A stretch of DNA of 64,000 bases from the human T2T-CHM13v2.0 reference genome, Homo sapiens (GCF_009914755.1 NC_060925.1), one strand, 5' to 3'; positions 1 through 16,788 are shown, counted from the first letter of the stretch. The notes: a model not told the origin generated them from the sequence alone. A program made the numbers and translations.

Positions 1-667
1 GCCTTTCTTGGCACCTCCCTGTGCTCTGGGTGCCTTGCGGCGGGCCCCGAGATTTGCAGAGCGCGCCCGCCCGTTTGGCGGGAGCCGTGGCACCGGGCGG
101 GCCCGGAGGCCTGGGTCTCTGGCGAGTCCTCGGGACTGGAGTCGTCGACACGAAGCGGGGGGCATTGGGAATCCCGGGTGCACAGGGCCTGCTTTCCCGG
201 TGGCTGGCGAAGCAATGTCCTTCCCCCGGGTAAAGCAGCCCATGCGTTCCGGAGCCGACGTCTTGGCTGGCGTCTGTGGCACCCGCTGCCCCTGCCCGCC
301 CCTTCCCCCGGTTTGGAAGGGTGCGACGACGGCGCCCGATGGGTGAATTGAATCGCCTGGGCGTTCCGGGAGCGGGAAGGCACCGCGAACGGCAGGGAAC
401 CCAGCGGCTGCGCCTTTGGGGCCCGGGCCCCTGCCCTCCCAGGCTGGAGCCGGGCTCCTGGCGGGGCGGCGGCGAGGCGGAAGCGGTGGGATGCTGCTGC
501 CCGGCCGGCGTGCAGTAGGGGCGGACCCCCAGCAGGAGGACCCCGGCTGCGGGCTGCGGCGGGGGTGTAGGTGGGCGGTAAAGGGGGAGCAGAGTCAGGG
601 GAGGTTGGGAAGCATGGCGATTGTGGGGGGAAGGGAGGCAGCGGGGAAGCCACAAAAGCCTACAGCA

Positions 668-1108
<441 letters not shown>

Positions 1109-1128
1109 GCTGAAGGAGGCGCCTGGCT

Positions 1129-1140
1129 GCCCCAAGAGCC
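1129..1140 (-). promoter_or_regulatory. D box upstream element of the mammalian 5S gene (GGCTCTTGGGGC, -32..-21); repeated in each unit
   Basis: The + strand GCCCCAAGAGCC lies exactly 21-32 nt upstream of the 5S +1 at 1108. Confidence 0.9.
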
Positions 1141-1705
1141 CAGCCCGGCCCGGCCGTGCCCGCCGGATTGCAGCCGACACCGCCAGCCCGGGGCCGCGGG
1201 GCTCGGATCGGGGACCCCCGAGCCGCTGGCCCGCGGCCTTCCCCCGGCTCCCGCGCTCCCGAGCTTCCACCACATCGGGCCCGCTCGGAGCAGGGAGTGC
1301 TCCGAGGCGTCAGGGCCCAGGGCCCACGATCCTGGGACGCCCTCCGGTCCTCCGCCCTGTCGCGGAGGCAGCGTTTTGGATCCCTCGCCGCACAGGGGCT
1401 CCTGCGAGGCCCCCTCTTGCCCCACCCACCCAGAGCCGTCAGGGCTGGCCGAAGGCGAACAGCCGGCCCAGCCGCGCGGGGCCTTTCTCTCACAACGCCC
1501 CCACCACGGTCGCTTGTCCCGACCAAGACCCGGCCGGGGGGGCAAGAGGGCGTGGGGTGTAGCGGGTCGGGGGGTGGCCCTGTTTTGCCCCGGGCTGGCA
1601 CTAGAGGCGGCGGCCTGATCTCGGGTGAGAGGGCCTGAGAGAAACCCAGACACACCCCACCGCCACCAGGAGCAAATCCACTCCCCCACACACAGACACA
1701 CCCGG

Positions 1706-1802
1706 GCGCGCTCGCACGCGCGCGCGCGGACACACACACACACACACACACACAGACACACACGCACACACGCACGCGCACACGCACGCACACACACACG
1801 CG
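1706..1802. repeat. Compound (CG)n/(CA)n alternating purine-pyrimidine microsatellite; one per unit
   Basis: GCGCG...CGCGCGCGCGCG GA (CA)12 GACACACACGCACACACGCACGCG... The main CA run is one repeat longer after genes 17-21. Confidence 0.95.
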
Positions 1803-1806
1803 GCTT

Positions 1807-2065
1807 GAAGGAGAGCAAGGACGAGATGGATCGAGAGATAGAGACCGAGGGAGGGAGAGAGACAGCGATCGAGAGAGACAGGGGAGGGCGAGAGGGAAGG
1901 AGACAGACAGAGAGGCTGAGAAAGAGAGAGGCACAGAGAAAGAGAGAGAGAGAGACAGAGAGACAGAGGGAAAACGACAGAAGTAGCGCGAGGTCCAGGG
2001 GGAAACCCAGAAGAGAGAGGCGGAGGGAGCTAGAGAGCGAGAGCGATAGAGCCTTAGAGAGGAAG
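1807..2065. repeat. GA-rich polypurine/polypyrimidine low-complexity tract; one per unit
   Basis: About 260 bp dominated by GA, GAGA and GACA on the + strand. Confidence 0.9.
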
Positions 2066-3005
2066 CGCCCGGCTCCGTTAGGCAGCGCCCTCTTGAGCAG
2101 GCCGGGATAGGGTGGAGGGGGCTTGGGCTGCGCCCAGAACACGGGGGCCAGGCGGTCCGTGCGAGAGGACCAACGGAGCGCTGAGGCGGGCGTTTTCTTG
2201 GATGAATTGCTTGCTTTGGAGGTGGGTTTCGTAGGCTCCTGCCTTTCTTGGCACCTCCCTGTGCTCTGGGTGCCTTGCGGCGGGCCCCGAGATTTGCAGA
2301 GCGCGCCCGCCCGTTTGGCGGGAGCCGTGGCACCGGGCGGGCCCGGAGGCCTGGGTCTCTGGCGAGTCCTCGGGACTGGAGTCGTCGACACGAAGCGGGG
2401 GGCATTGGGAATCCCGGGTGCACAGGGCCTGCTTTCCCGGTGGCTGGCGAAGCAATGTCCTTCCCCCGGGTAAAGCAGCCCATGCGTTCCGGAGCCGACG
2501 TCTTGGCTGGCGTCTGTGGCACCCGCTGCCCCTGCCCGCCCCTTCCCCCGGTTTGGAAGGGTGCGACGACGGCGCCCGATGGGTGAATTGAATCGCCTGG
2601 GCGTTCCGGGAGCGGGAAGGCACCGCGAACGGCAGGGAACCCAGCGGCTGCGCCTTTGGGGCCCGGGCCCCTGCCCTCCCAGGCTGGAGCCGGGCTCCTG
2701 GCGGGGCGGCGGCGAGGCGGAAGCGGTGGGATGCTGCTGCCCAGCCGGCGTGCAGTAGGGGCGGACCCCCAGCAGGAGGACCCCGGCTGCGGGCTGCGGC
2801 GGGGGTGTAGGTGGGCGGTAAAGGGGGAGCAGAGTCAGGGGAGGTTGGGAAGCATGGCGACTGTGGGGGGAAGGGAGGCAGCGGGGAAGCCACAAAAGCC
2901 TACAGCAGGCCGGGCGGGCGCGGTGGCTCGCGCCTGTAATCCCAGCACTCTGGGAGGCCGAGGCGGGTGGATCACGAGGTCAGGAGCTCCAGACCATCCC
3001 GGCTA

Positions 3006-3348
<343 letters not shown>

Positions 3349-5245
3349 GCTGAAGGAGGCGCCTGGCTGCCCCAAGAGCCCAGCCCGGCCCGGCCGTGCC
3401 CGCCGGATTGCAGCCGACACCGCCAGCCCGGGGCCGCGGGGCTCGGATCGGGGACCCCCGAGCCGCTGGCCCGCGGCCTTCCCCCGGCTCCCGCGCTCCC
3501 GAGCTTCCACCACATCGGGCCCGCTCGGAGCAGGGAGTGCTCCGAGGCGTCAGGGCCCAGGGCCCACGATCCTGGGACGCCCTCCGGTCCTCCGCCCTGT
3601 CGCGGAGGCAGCGTTTTGGATCCCTCGCCGCACAGGGGCTCCTGCGAGGCCCCCTCTTGCCCCACCCACCCAGAGCCGTCAGGGCTGGCCGAAGGCGAAC
3701 AGCCGGCCCAGCCTCGCGGGGCCTTTCTCTCACAACGCCCCCACCACGGTCGCTTGTCCCGACCAAGACCCGGCCGGGGGGGCAAGAGGGCGTGGGGTGT
3801 AGCGGGTCGGGGGGTGGCCCTGTTTTGCCCCGGGCTGGCACTAGAGGCGGCGGCCTGATCTCGGGTGAGAGGGCCTGAGAGAAACCCAGACACACCCCAC
3901 CGCCACCAGGAGCAAATCCACTCCCCCACACACAGACACACCCGGGCGCGCTCGCACGCGCGCGCGCGGACACACACACACACACACACACACAGACACA
4001 CACGCACACACGCACGCGCACACGCACGCACACACACACGCGGCTTGAAGGAGAGCAAGGACGAGATGGATCGAGAGATAGAGACCGAGGGAGGGAGAGA
4101 GACAGCGATCGAGAGAGACAGGGGAGGGCGAGAGGGAAGGAGACAGACAGAGAGGCTGAGAAAGAGAGAGGCACAGAGAAAGAGAGAGAGAGAGACAGAG
4201 AGACAGAGGGAAAACGACAGAAGTAGCGCGAGGTCCAGGGGGAAACCCAGAAGAGAGAGGCGGAGGGAGCTAGAGAGCGAGAGCGATAGAGCCTTAGAGA
4301 GGAAGCGCCCGGCTCCGTTAGGCAGCGCCCTCTTGAGCAGGCCGGGATAGGGTGGAGGGGGCTTGGGCTGCGCCCAGAACACGGGGGCCAGGCGGTCCGT
4401 GCGAGAGGACCAACGGAGCGCTGAGGCGGGCGTTTTCTTGGATGAATTGCTTGCTTTGGAGGTGGGTTTCGTAGGCTCCTGCCTTTCTTGGCACCTCCCT
4501 GTGCTCTGGGTGCCTTGCGGCGGGCCCCGAGATTTGCAGAGCGCGCCCGCCCGTTTGGCGGGAGCCGTGGCACCGGGCGGGCCCGGAGGCCTGGGTCTCT
4601 GGCGAGTCCTCGGGACTGGAGTCGTCGACACGAAGCGGGGGGCATTGGGAATCCCGGGTGCACAGGGCCTGCTTTCCCGGTGGCTGGCGAAGCAATGTCC
4701 TTCCCCCGGGTAAAGCAGCCCATGCGTTCCGGAGCCGACGTCTTGGCTGGCGTCTGTGGCACCCGCTGCCCCTGCCCGCCCCTTCCCCCGGTTTGGAAGG
4801 GTGCGACGACGGCGCCCGATGGGTGAATTGAATCGCCTGGGCGTTCCGGGAGCGGGAAGGCACCGCGAACGGCAGGGAACCCAGCGGCTGCGCCTTTGGG
4901 GCCCGGGCCCCTGCCCTCCCAGGCTGGAGCCGGGCTCCTGGCGGGGCGGCGGCGAGGCGGAAGCGGTGGGATGCTGCTGCCCAGCCGGCGTGCAGTAGGG
5001 GCGGACCCCCAGCAGGAGGACCCCGGCTGCGGGCTGCGGCGGGGGTGTAGGTGGGCGGTAAAGGGGGAGCAGAGTCAGGGGAGGTTGGGAAGCATGGCGA
5101 CTGTGGGGGGAAGGGAGGCAGCGGGGAAGCCACAAAAGCCTACAGCAGGCCGGGCGGGCGCGGTGGCTCGCGCCTGTAATCCCAGCACTCTGGGAGGCCG
5201 AGGCGGGTGGATCACGAGGTCAGGAGCTCCAGACCATCCCGGCTA

Positions 5246-5588
<343 letters not shown>

Positions 5589-7485
5589 GCTGAAGGAGGC
5601 GCCTGGCTGCCCCAAGAGCCCAGCCCGGCCCGGCCGTGCCCGCCGGATTGCAGCCGACACCGCCAGCCCGGGGCCGCGGGGCTCGGATCGGGGACCCCCG
5701 AGCCGCTGGCCCGCGGCCTTCCCCCGGCTCCCGCGCTCCCGAGCTTCCACCACATCGGGCCCGCTCGGAGCAGGGAGTGCTCCGAGGCGTCAGGGCCCAG
5801 GGCCCACGATCCTGGGACGCCCTCCGGTCCTCCGCCCTGTCGCGGAGGCAGCGTTTTGGATCCCTCGCCGCACAGGGGCTCCTGCGAGGCCCCCTCTTGC
5901 CCCACCCACCCAGAGCCGTCAGGGCTGGCCGAAGGCGAACAGCCGGCCCAGCCTCGCGGGGCCTTTCTCTCACAACGCCCCCACCACGGTCGCTTGTCCC
6001 GACCAAGACCCGGCCGGGGGGGCAAGAGGGCGTGGGGTGTAGCGGGTCGGGGGGTGGCCCTGTTTTGCCCCGGGCTGGCACTAGAGGCGGCGGCCTGATC
6101 TCGGGTGAGAGGGCCTGAGAGAAACCCAGACACACCCCACCGCCACCAGGAGCAAATCCACTCCCCCACACACAGACACACCCGGGCGCGCTCGCACGCG
6201 CGCGCGCGGACACACACACACACACACACACACAGACACACACGCACACACGCACGCGCACACGCACGCACACACACACGCGGCTTGAAGGAGAGCAAGG
6301 ACGAGATGGATCGAGAGATAGAGACCGAGGGAGGGAGAGAGACAGCGATCGAGAGAGACAGGGGAGGGCGAGAGGGAAGGAGACAGACAGAGAGGCTGAG
6401 AAAGAGAGAGGCACAGAGAAAGAGAGAGAGAGAGACAGAGAGACAGAGGGAAAACGACAGAAGTAGCGCGAGGTCCAGGGGGAAACCCAGAAGAGAGAGG
6501 CGGAGGGAGCTAGAGAGCGAGAGCGATAGAGCCTTAGAGAGGAAGCGCCCGGCTCCGTTAGGCAGCGCCCTCTTGAGCAGGCCGGGATAGGGTGGAGGGG
6601 GCTTGGGCTGCGCCCAGAACACGGGGGCCAGGCGGTCCGTGCGAGAGGACCAACGGAGCGCTGAGGCGGGCGTTTTCTTGGATGAATTGCTTGCTTTGGA
6701 GGTGGGTTTCGTAGGCTCCTGCCTTTCTTGGCACCTCCCTGTGCTCTGGGTGCCTTGCGGCGGGCCCCGAGATTTGCAGAGCGCGCCCGCCCGTTTGGCG
6801 GGAGCCGTGGCACCGGGCGGGCCCGGAGGCCTGGGTCTCTGGCGAGTCCTCGGGACTGGAGTCGTCGACACGAAGCGGGGGGCATTGGGAATCCCGGGTG
6901 CACAGGGCCTGTTTTCCCGGTGGCTGGCGAAGCAATGTCCTTCCCCCGGGTAAAGCAGCCCATGCGTTCCGGAGCCGACGTCTTGGCTGGCGTCTGTGGC
7001 ACCCGCTGCCCCTGCCCGCCCCTTCCCCCGGTTTGGAAGGGTGCGACGACGGCGCCCGATGGGTGAATTGAATCGCCTGGGCGTTCCGGGAGCGGGAAGG
7101 CACCGCGAACGGCAGGGAACCCAGCGGCTGCGCCTTTGGGGCCCGGGCCCCTGCCCTCCCAGGCTGGAGCCGGGCTCCTGGCGGGGCGGCGGCGAGGCGG
7201 AAGCGGTGGGATGCTGCTGCCCAGCCGGCGTGCAGTAGGGGCGGACCCCCAGCAGGAGGACCCCGGCTGCGGGCTGCGGCGGGGGTGTAGGTGGGCGGTA
7301 AAGGGGGAGCAGAGTCAGGGGAGGTTGGGAAGCATGGCGACTGTGGGGGGAAGGGAGGCAGCGGGGAAGCCACAAAAGCCTACAGCAGGCCGGGCGGGCG
7401 CGGTGGCTCGCGCCTGTAATCCCAGCACTCTGGGAGGCCGAGGCGGGTGGATCACGAGGTCAGGAGCTCCAGACCATCCCGGCTA

Positions 7486-7828
<343 letters not shown>

Positions 7829-9725
7829 GCTGAAGGAGGCGCCTGGCTGCCCCAAGAGCCCAGCCCGGCCCGGCCGTGCCCGCCGGATTGCAGCCGACAC
7901 CGCCAGCCCGGGGCCGCGGGGCTCGGATCGGGGACCCCCGAGCCGCTGGCCCGCGGCCTTCCCCCGGCTCCCGCGCTCCCGAGCTTCCACCACATCGGGC
8001 CCGCTCGGAGCAGGGAGTGCTCCGAGGCGTCAGGGCCCAGGGCCCACGATCCTGGGACGCCCTCCGGTCCTCCGCCCTGTCGCGGAGGCAGCGTTTTGGA
8101 TCCCTCGCCGCACAGGGGCTCCTGCGAGGCCCCCTCTTGCCCCACCCACCCAGAGCCGTCAGGGCTGGCCGAAGGCGAACAGCCGGCCCAGCCTCGCGGG
8201 GCCTTTCTCTCACAACGCCCCCACCACGGTCGCTTGTCCCGACCAAGACCCGGCCGGGGGGGCAAGAGGGCGTGGGGTGTAGCGGGTCGGGGGGTGGCCC
8301 TGTTTTGCCCCGGGCTGGCACTAGAGGCGGCGGCCTGATCTCGGGTGAGAGGGCCTGAGAGAAACCCAGACACACCCCACCGCCACCAGGAGCAAATCCA
8401 CTCCCCCACACACAGACACACCCGGGCGCGCTCGCACGCGCGCGCGCGGACACACACACACACACACACACACAGACACACACGCACACACGCACGCGCA
8501 CACGCACGCACACACACACGCGGCTTGAAGGAGAGCAAGGACGAGATGGATCGAGAGATAGAGACCGAGGGAGGGAGAGAGACAGCGATCGAGAGAGACA
8601 GGGGAGGGCGAGAGGGAAGGAGACAGACAGAGAGGCTGAGAAAGAGAGAGGCACAGAGAAAGAGAGAGAGAGAGACAGAGAGACAGAGGGAAAACGACAG
8701 AAGTAGCGCGAGGTCCAGGGGGAAACCCAGAAGAGAGAGGCGGAGGGAGCTAGAGAGCGAGAGCGATAGAGCCTTAGAGAGGAAGCGCCCGGCTCCGTTA
8801 GGCAGCGCCCTCTTGAGCAGGCCGGGATAGGGTGGAGGGGGCTTGGGCTGCGCCCAGAACACGGGGGCCAGGCGGTCCGTGCGAGAGGACCAACGGAGCG
8901 CTGAGGCGGGCGTTTTCTTGGATGAATTGCTTGCTTTGGAGGTGGGTTTCGTAGGCTCCTGCCTTTCTTGGCACCTCCCTGTGCTCTGGGTGCCTTGCGG
9001 CGGGCCCCGAGATTTGCAGAGCGCGCCCGCCCGTTTGGCGGGAGCCGTGGCACCGGGCGGGCCCGGAGGCCTGGGTCTCTGGCGAGTCCTCGGGACTGGA
9101 GTCGTCGACACGAAGCGGGGGGCATTGGGAATCCCGGGTGCACAGGGCCTGTTTTCCCGGTGGCTGGCGAAGCAATGTCCTTCCCCCGGGTAAAGCAGCC
9201 CATGCGTTCCGGAGCCGACGTCTTGGCTGGCGTCTGTGGCACCCGCTGCCCCTGCCCGCCCCTTCCCCCGGTTTGGAAGGGTGCGACGACGGCGCCCGAT
9301 GGGTGAATTGAATCGCCTGGGCGTTCCGGGAGCGGGAAGGCACCGCGAACGGCAGGGAACCCAGCGGCTGCGCCTTTGGGGCCCGGGCCCCTGCCCTCCC
9401 AGGCTGGAGCCGGGCTCCTGGCGGGGCGGCGGCGAGGCGGAAGCGGTGGGATGCTGCTGCCCAGCCGGCGTGCAGTAGGGGCGGACCCCCAGCAGGAGGA
9501 CCCCGGCTGCGGGCTGCGGCGGGGGTGTAGGTGGGCGGTAAAGGGGGAGCAGAGTCAGGGGAGGTTGGGAAGCATGGCGACTGTGGGGGGAAGGGAGGCA
9601 GCGGGGAAGCCACAAAAGCCTACAGCAGGCCGGGCGGGCGCGGTGGCTCGCGCCTGTAATCCCAGCACTCTGGGAGGCCGAGGCGGGTGGATCACGAGGT
9701 CAGGAGCTCCAGACCATCCCGGCTA

Positions 9726-10068
<343 letters not shown>

Positions 10069-11965
10069 GCTGAAGGAGGCGCCTGGCTGCCCCAAGAGCC
10101 CAGCCCGGCCCGGCCGTGCCCGCCGGATTGCAGCCGACACCGCCAGCCCGGGGCCGCGGGGCTCGGATCGGGGACCCCCGAGCCGCTGGCCCGCGGCCTT
10201 CCCCCGGCTCCCGCGCTCCCGAGCTTCCACCACATCGGGCCCGCTCGGAGCAGGGAGTGCTCCGAGGCGTCAGGGCCCAGGGCCCACGATCCTGGGACGC
10301 CCTCCGGTCCTCCGCCCTGTCGCGGAGGCAGCGTTTTGGATCCCTCGCCGCACAGGGGCTCCTGCGAGGCCCCCTCTTGCCCCACCCACCCAGAGCCGTC
10401 AGGGCTGGCCGAAGGCGAACAGCCGGCCCAGCCTCGCGGGGCCTTTCTCTCACAACGCCCCCACCACGGTCGCTTGTCCCGACCAAGACCCGGCCGGGGG
10501 GGCAAGAGGGCGTGGGGTGTAGCGGGTCGGGGGGTGGCCCTGTTTTGCCCCGGGCTGGCACTAGAGGCGGCGGCCTGATCTCGGGTGAGAGGGCCTGAGA
10601 GAAACCCAGACACACCCCACCGCCACCAGGAGCAAATCCACTCCCCCACACACAGACACACCCGGGCGCGCTCGCACGCGCGCGCGCGGACACACACACA
10701 CACACCCACACACAGACACACACGCACACACGCACGCGCACACGCACGCACACACACACGCGGCTTGAAGGAGAGCAAGGACGAGATGGATCGAGAGATA
10801 GAGACCGAGGGAGGGAGAGAGACAGCGATCGAGAGAGACAGGGGAGGGCGAGAGGGAAGGAGACAGACAGAGAGGCTGAGAAAGAGAGAGGCACAGAGAA
10901 AGAGAGAGAGAGAGACAGAGAGACAGAGGGAAAACGACAGAAGTAGCGCGAGGTCCAGGGGGAAACCCAGAAGAGAGAGGCGGAGGGAGCTAGAGAGCGA
11001 GAGCGATAGAGCCTTAGAGAGGAAGCGCCCGGCTCCGTTAGGCAGCGCCCTCTTGAGCAGGCCGGGATAGGGTGGAGGGGGCTTGGGCTGCGCCCAGAAC
11101 ACGGGGGCCAGGCGGTCCGTGCGAGAGGACCAACGGAGCGCTGAGGCGGGCGTTTTCTTGGATGAATTGCTTGCTTTGGAGGTGGGTTTCGTAGGCTCCT
11201 GCCTTTCTTGGCACCTCCCTGTGCTCTGGGTGCCTTGCGGCGGGCCCCGAGATTTGCAGAGCGCGCCCGCCCGTTTGGCGGGAGCCGTGGCACCGGGCGG
11301 GCCCGGAGGCCTGGGTCTCTGGCGAGTCCTCGGGACTGGAGTCGTCGACACGAAGCGGGGGGCATTGGGAATCCCGGGTGCACAGGGCCTGCTTTCCCGG
11401 TGGCTGGCGAAGCAATGTCCTTCCCCCGGGTAAAGCAGCCCATGCGTTCCGGAGCCGACGTCTTGGCTGGCGTCTGTGGCACCCGCTGCCCCTGCCCGCC
11501 CCTTCCCCCGGTTTGGAAGGGTGCGACGACGGCGCCCGATGGGTGAATTGAATCGCCTGGGCGTTCCGGGAGCGGGAAGGCACCGCGAACGGCAGGGAAC
11601 CCAGCGGCTGCGCCTTTGGGGCCCGGGCCCCTGCCCTCCCAGGCTGGAGCCGGGCTCCTGGCGGGGCGGCGGCGAGGCGGAAGCGGTGGGATGCTGCTGC
11701 CCGGCCGGCGTGCAGTAGGGGCGGACCCCCAGCAGGAGGACCCCGGCTGCGGGCTGCGGCGGGGGTGTAGGTGGGCGGTAAAGGGGGAGCAGAGTCAGGG
11801 GAGGTTGGGAAGCATGGCGATTGTGGGGGGAAGGGAGGCAGCGGGGAAGCCACAAAAGCCTACAGCAGGCCGGGCGGGCGCGGTGGCTCGCGCCTGTAAT
11901 CCCAGCACTCTGGGAGGCCGAGGCGGGTGGATCACGAGGTCAGGAGCTCCAGACCATCCCGGCTA

Positions 11966-12308
<343 letters not shown>

Positions 12309-14205
12309 GCTGAAGGAGGCGCCTGGCTGCCCCAAGAGCCCAGCCCGGCCCGGCCGTGCCCGCCGGATTGCAGCCGACACCGCCAGCCCGGGGCCGCGGG
12401 GCTCGGATCGGGGACCCCCGAGCCGCTGGCCCGCGGCCTTCCCCCGGCTCCCGCGCTCCCGAGCTTCCACCACATCGGGCCCGCTCGGAGCAGGGAGTGC
12501 TCCGAGGCGTCAGGGCCCAGGGCCCACGATCCTGGGACGCCCTCCGGTCCTCCGCCCTGTCGCGGAGGCAGCGTTTTGGATCCCTCGCCGCACAGGGGCT
12601 CCTGCGAGGCCCCCTCTTGCCCCACCCACCCAGAGCCGTCAGGGCTGGCCGAAGGCGAACAGCCGGCCCAGCCTCGCGGGGCCTTTCTCTCACAACGCCC
12701 CCACCACGGTCGCTTGTCCCGACCAAGACCCGGCCGGGGGGGCAAGAGGGCGTGGGGTGTAGCGGGTCGGGGGGTGGCCCTGTTTTGCCCCGGGCTGGCA
12801 CTAGAGGCGGCGGCCTGATCTCGGGTGAGAGGGCCTGAGAGAAACCCAGACACACCCCACCGCCACCAGGAGCAAATCCACTCCCCCACACACAGACACA
12901 CCCGGGCGCGCTCGCACGCGCGCGCGCGGACACACACACACACACACACACACAGACACACACGCACACACGCACGCGCACACGCACGCACACACACACG
13001 CGGCTTGAAGGAGAGCAAGGACGAGATGGATCGAGAGATAGAGACCGAGGGAGGGAGAGAGACAGCGATCGAGAGAGACAGGGGAGGGCGAGAGGGAAGG
13101 AGACAGACAGAGAGGCTGAGAAAGAGAGAGGCACAGAGAAAGAGAGAGAGAGAGACAGAGAGACAGAGGGAAAACGACAGAAGTAGCGCGAGGTCCAGGG
13201 GGAAACCCAGAAGAGAGAGGCGGAGGGAGCTAGAGAGCGAGAGCGATAGAGCCTTAGAGAGGAAGCGCCCGGCTCCGTTAGGCAGCGCCCTCTTGAGCAG
13301 GCCGGGATAGGGTGGAGGGGGCTTGGGCTGCGCCCAGAACACGGGGGCCAGGCGGTCCGTGCGAGAGGACCAACGGAGCGCTGAGGCGGGCGTTTTCTTG
13401 GATGAATTGCTTGCTTTGGAGGTGGGTTTCGTAGGCTCCTGCCTTTCTTGGCACCTCCCTGTGCTCTGGGTGCCTTGCGGCGGGCCCCGAGATTTGCAGA
13501 GCGCGCCCGCCCGTTTGGCGGGAGCCGTGGCACCGGGCGGGCCCGGAGGCCTGGGTCTCTGGCGAGTCCTCGGGACTGGAGTCGTCGACACGAAGCGGGG
13601 GGCATTGGGAATCCCGGGTGCACAGGGCCTGCTTTCCCGGTGGCTGGCGAAGCAATGTCCTTCCCCCGGGTAAAGCAGCCCATGCGTTCCGGAGCCGACG
13701 TCTTGGCTGGCGTCTGTGGCACCCGCTGCCCCTGCCCGCCCCTTCCCCCGGTTTGGAAGGGTGCGACGACGGCGCCCGATGGGTGAATTGAATCGCCTGG
13801 GCGTTCCGGGAGCGGGAAGGCACCGCGAACGGCAGGGAACCCAGCGGCTGCGCCTTTGGGGCCCGGGCCCCTGCCCTCCCAGGCTGGAGCCGGGCTCCTG
13901 GCGGGGCGGCGGCGAGGCGGAAGCGGTGGGATGCTGCTGCCCAGCCGGCGTGCAGTAGGGGCGGACCCCCAGCAGGAGGACCCCGGCTGCGGGCTGCGGC
14001 GGGGGTGTAGGTGGGCGGTAAAGGGGGAGCAGAGTCAGGGGAGGTTGGGAAGCATGGCGACTGTGGGGGGAAGGGAGGCAGCGGGGAAGCCACAAAAGCC
14101 TACAGCAGGCCGGGCGGGCGCGGTGGCTCGCGCCTGTAATCCCAGCACTCTGGGAGGCCGAGGCGGGTGGATCACGAGGTCAGGAGCTCCAGACCATCCC
14201 GGCTA

Positions 14206-14548
<343 letters not shown>

Positions 14549-16445
14549 GCTGAAGGAGGCGCCTGGCTGCCCCAAGAGCCCAGCCCGGCCCGGCCGTGCC
14601 CGCCGGATTGCAGCCGACACCGCCAGCCCGGGGCCGCGGGGCTCGGATCGGGGACCCCCGAGCCGCTGGCCCGCGGCCTTCCCCCGGCTCCCGCGCTCCC
14701 GAGCTTCCACCACATCGGGCCCGCTCGGAGCAGGGAGTGCTCCGAGGCGTCAGGGCCCAGGGCCCACGATCCTGGGACGCCCTCCGGTCCTCCGCCCTGT
14801 CGCGGAGGCAGCGTTTTGGATCCCTCGCCGCACAGGGGCTCCTGCGAGGCCCCCTCTTGCCCCACCCACCCAGAGCCGTCAGGGCTGGCCGAAGGCGAAC
14901 AGCCGGCCCAGCCTCGCGGGGCCTTTCTCTCACAACGCCCCCACCACGGTCGCTTGTCCCGACCAAGACCCGGCCGGGGGGGCAAGAGGGCGTGGGGTGT
15001 AGCGGGTCGGGGGGTGGCCCTGTTTTGCCCCGGGCTGGCACTAGAGGCGGCGGCCTGATCTCGGGTGAGAGGGCCTGAGAGAAACCCAGACACACCCCAC
15101 CGCCACCAGGAGCAAATCCACTCCCCCACACACAGACACACCCGGGCGCGCTCGCACGCGCGCGCGCGGACACACACACACACACACACACACAGACACA
15201 CACGCACACACGCACGCGCACACGCACGCACACACACACGCGGCTTGAAGGAGAGCAAGGACGAGATGGATCGAGAGATAGAGACCGAGGGAGGGAGAGA
15301 GACAGCGATCGAGAGAGACAGGGGAGGGCGAGAGGGAAGGAGACAGACAGAGAGGCTGAGAAAGAGAGAGGCACAGAGAAAGAGAGAGAGAGAGACAGAG
15401 AGACAGAGGGAAAACGACAGAAGTAGCGCGAGGTCCAGGGGGAAACCCAGAAGAGAGAGGCGGAGGGAGCTAGAGAGCGAGAGCGATAGAGCCTTAGAGA
15501 GGAAGCGCCCGGCTCCGTTAGGCAGCGCCCTCTTGAGCAGGCCGGGATAGGGTGGAGGGGGCTTGGGCTGCGCCCAGAACACGGGGGCCAGGCGGTCCGT
15601 GCGAGAGGACCAACGGAGCGCTGAGGCGGGCGTTTTCTTGGATGAATTGCTTGCTTTGGAGGTGGGTTTCGTAGGCTCCTGCCTTTCTTGGCACCTCCCT
15701 GTGCTCTGGGTGCCTTGCGGCGGGCCCCGAGATTTGCAGAGCGCGCCCGCCCGTTTGGCGGGAGCCGTGGCACCGGGCGGGCCCGGAGGCCTGGGTCTCT
15801 GGCGAGTCCTCGGGACTGGAGTCGTCGACACGAAGCGGGGGGCATTGGGAATCCCGGGTGCACAGGGCCTGCTTTCCCGGTGGCTGGCGAAGCAATGTCC
15901 TTCCCCCGGGTAAAGCAGCCCATGCGTTCCGGAGCCGACGTCTTGGCTGGCGTCTGTGGCACCCGCTGCCCCTGCCCGCCCCTTCCCCCGGTTTGGAAGG
16001 GTGCGACGACGGCGCCCGATGGGTGAATTGAATCGCCTGGGCGTTCCGGGAGCGGGAAGGCACCGCGAACGGCAGGGAACCCAGCGGCTGCGCCTTTGGG
16101 GCCCGGGCCCCTGCCCTCCCAGGCTGGAGCCGGGCTCCTGGCGGGGCGGCGGCGAGGCGGAAGCGGTGGGATGCTGCTGCCCAGCCGGCGTGCAGTAGGG
16201 GCGGACCCCCAGCAGGAGGACCCCGGCTGCGGGCTGCGGCGGGGGTGTAGGTGGGCGGTAAAGGGGGAGCAGAGTCAGGGGAGGTTGGGAAGCATGGCGA
16301 CTGTGGGGGGAAGGGAGGCAGCGGGGAAGCCACAAAAGCCTACAGCAGGCCGGGCGGGCGCGGTGGCTCGCGCCTGTAATCCCAGCACTCTGGGAGGCCG
16401 AGGCGGGTGGATCACGAGGTCAGGAGCTCCAGACCATCCCGGCTA

Positions 16446-16788
<343 letters not shown>

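Noticed and set aside
410-422. Inverted D-box-like 13-mer (GCGCCTTTGGGGC) matching the pseudogene's degenerate D box
   Set aside because: A short match in very GC-rich DNA with no 5S-like sequence 21 nt downstream; chance is sufficient.
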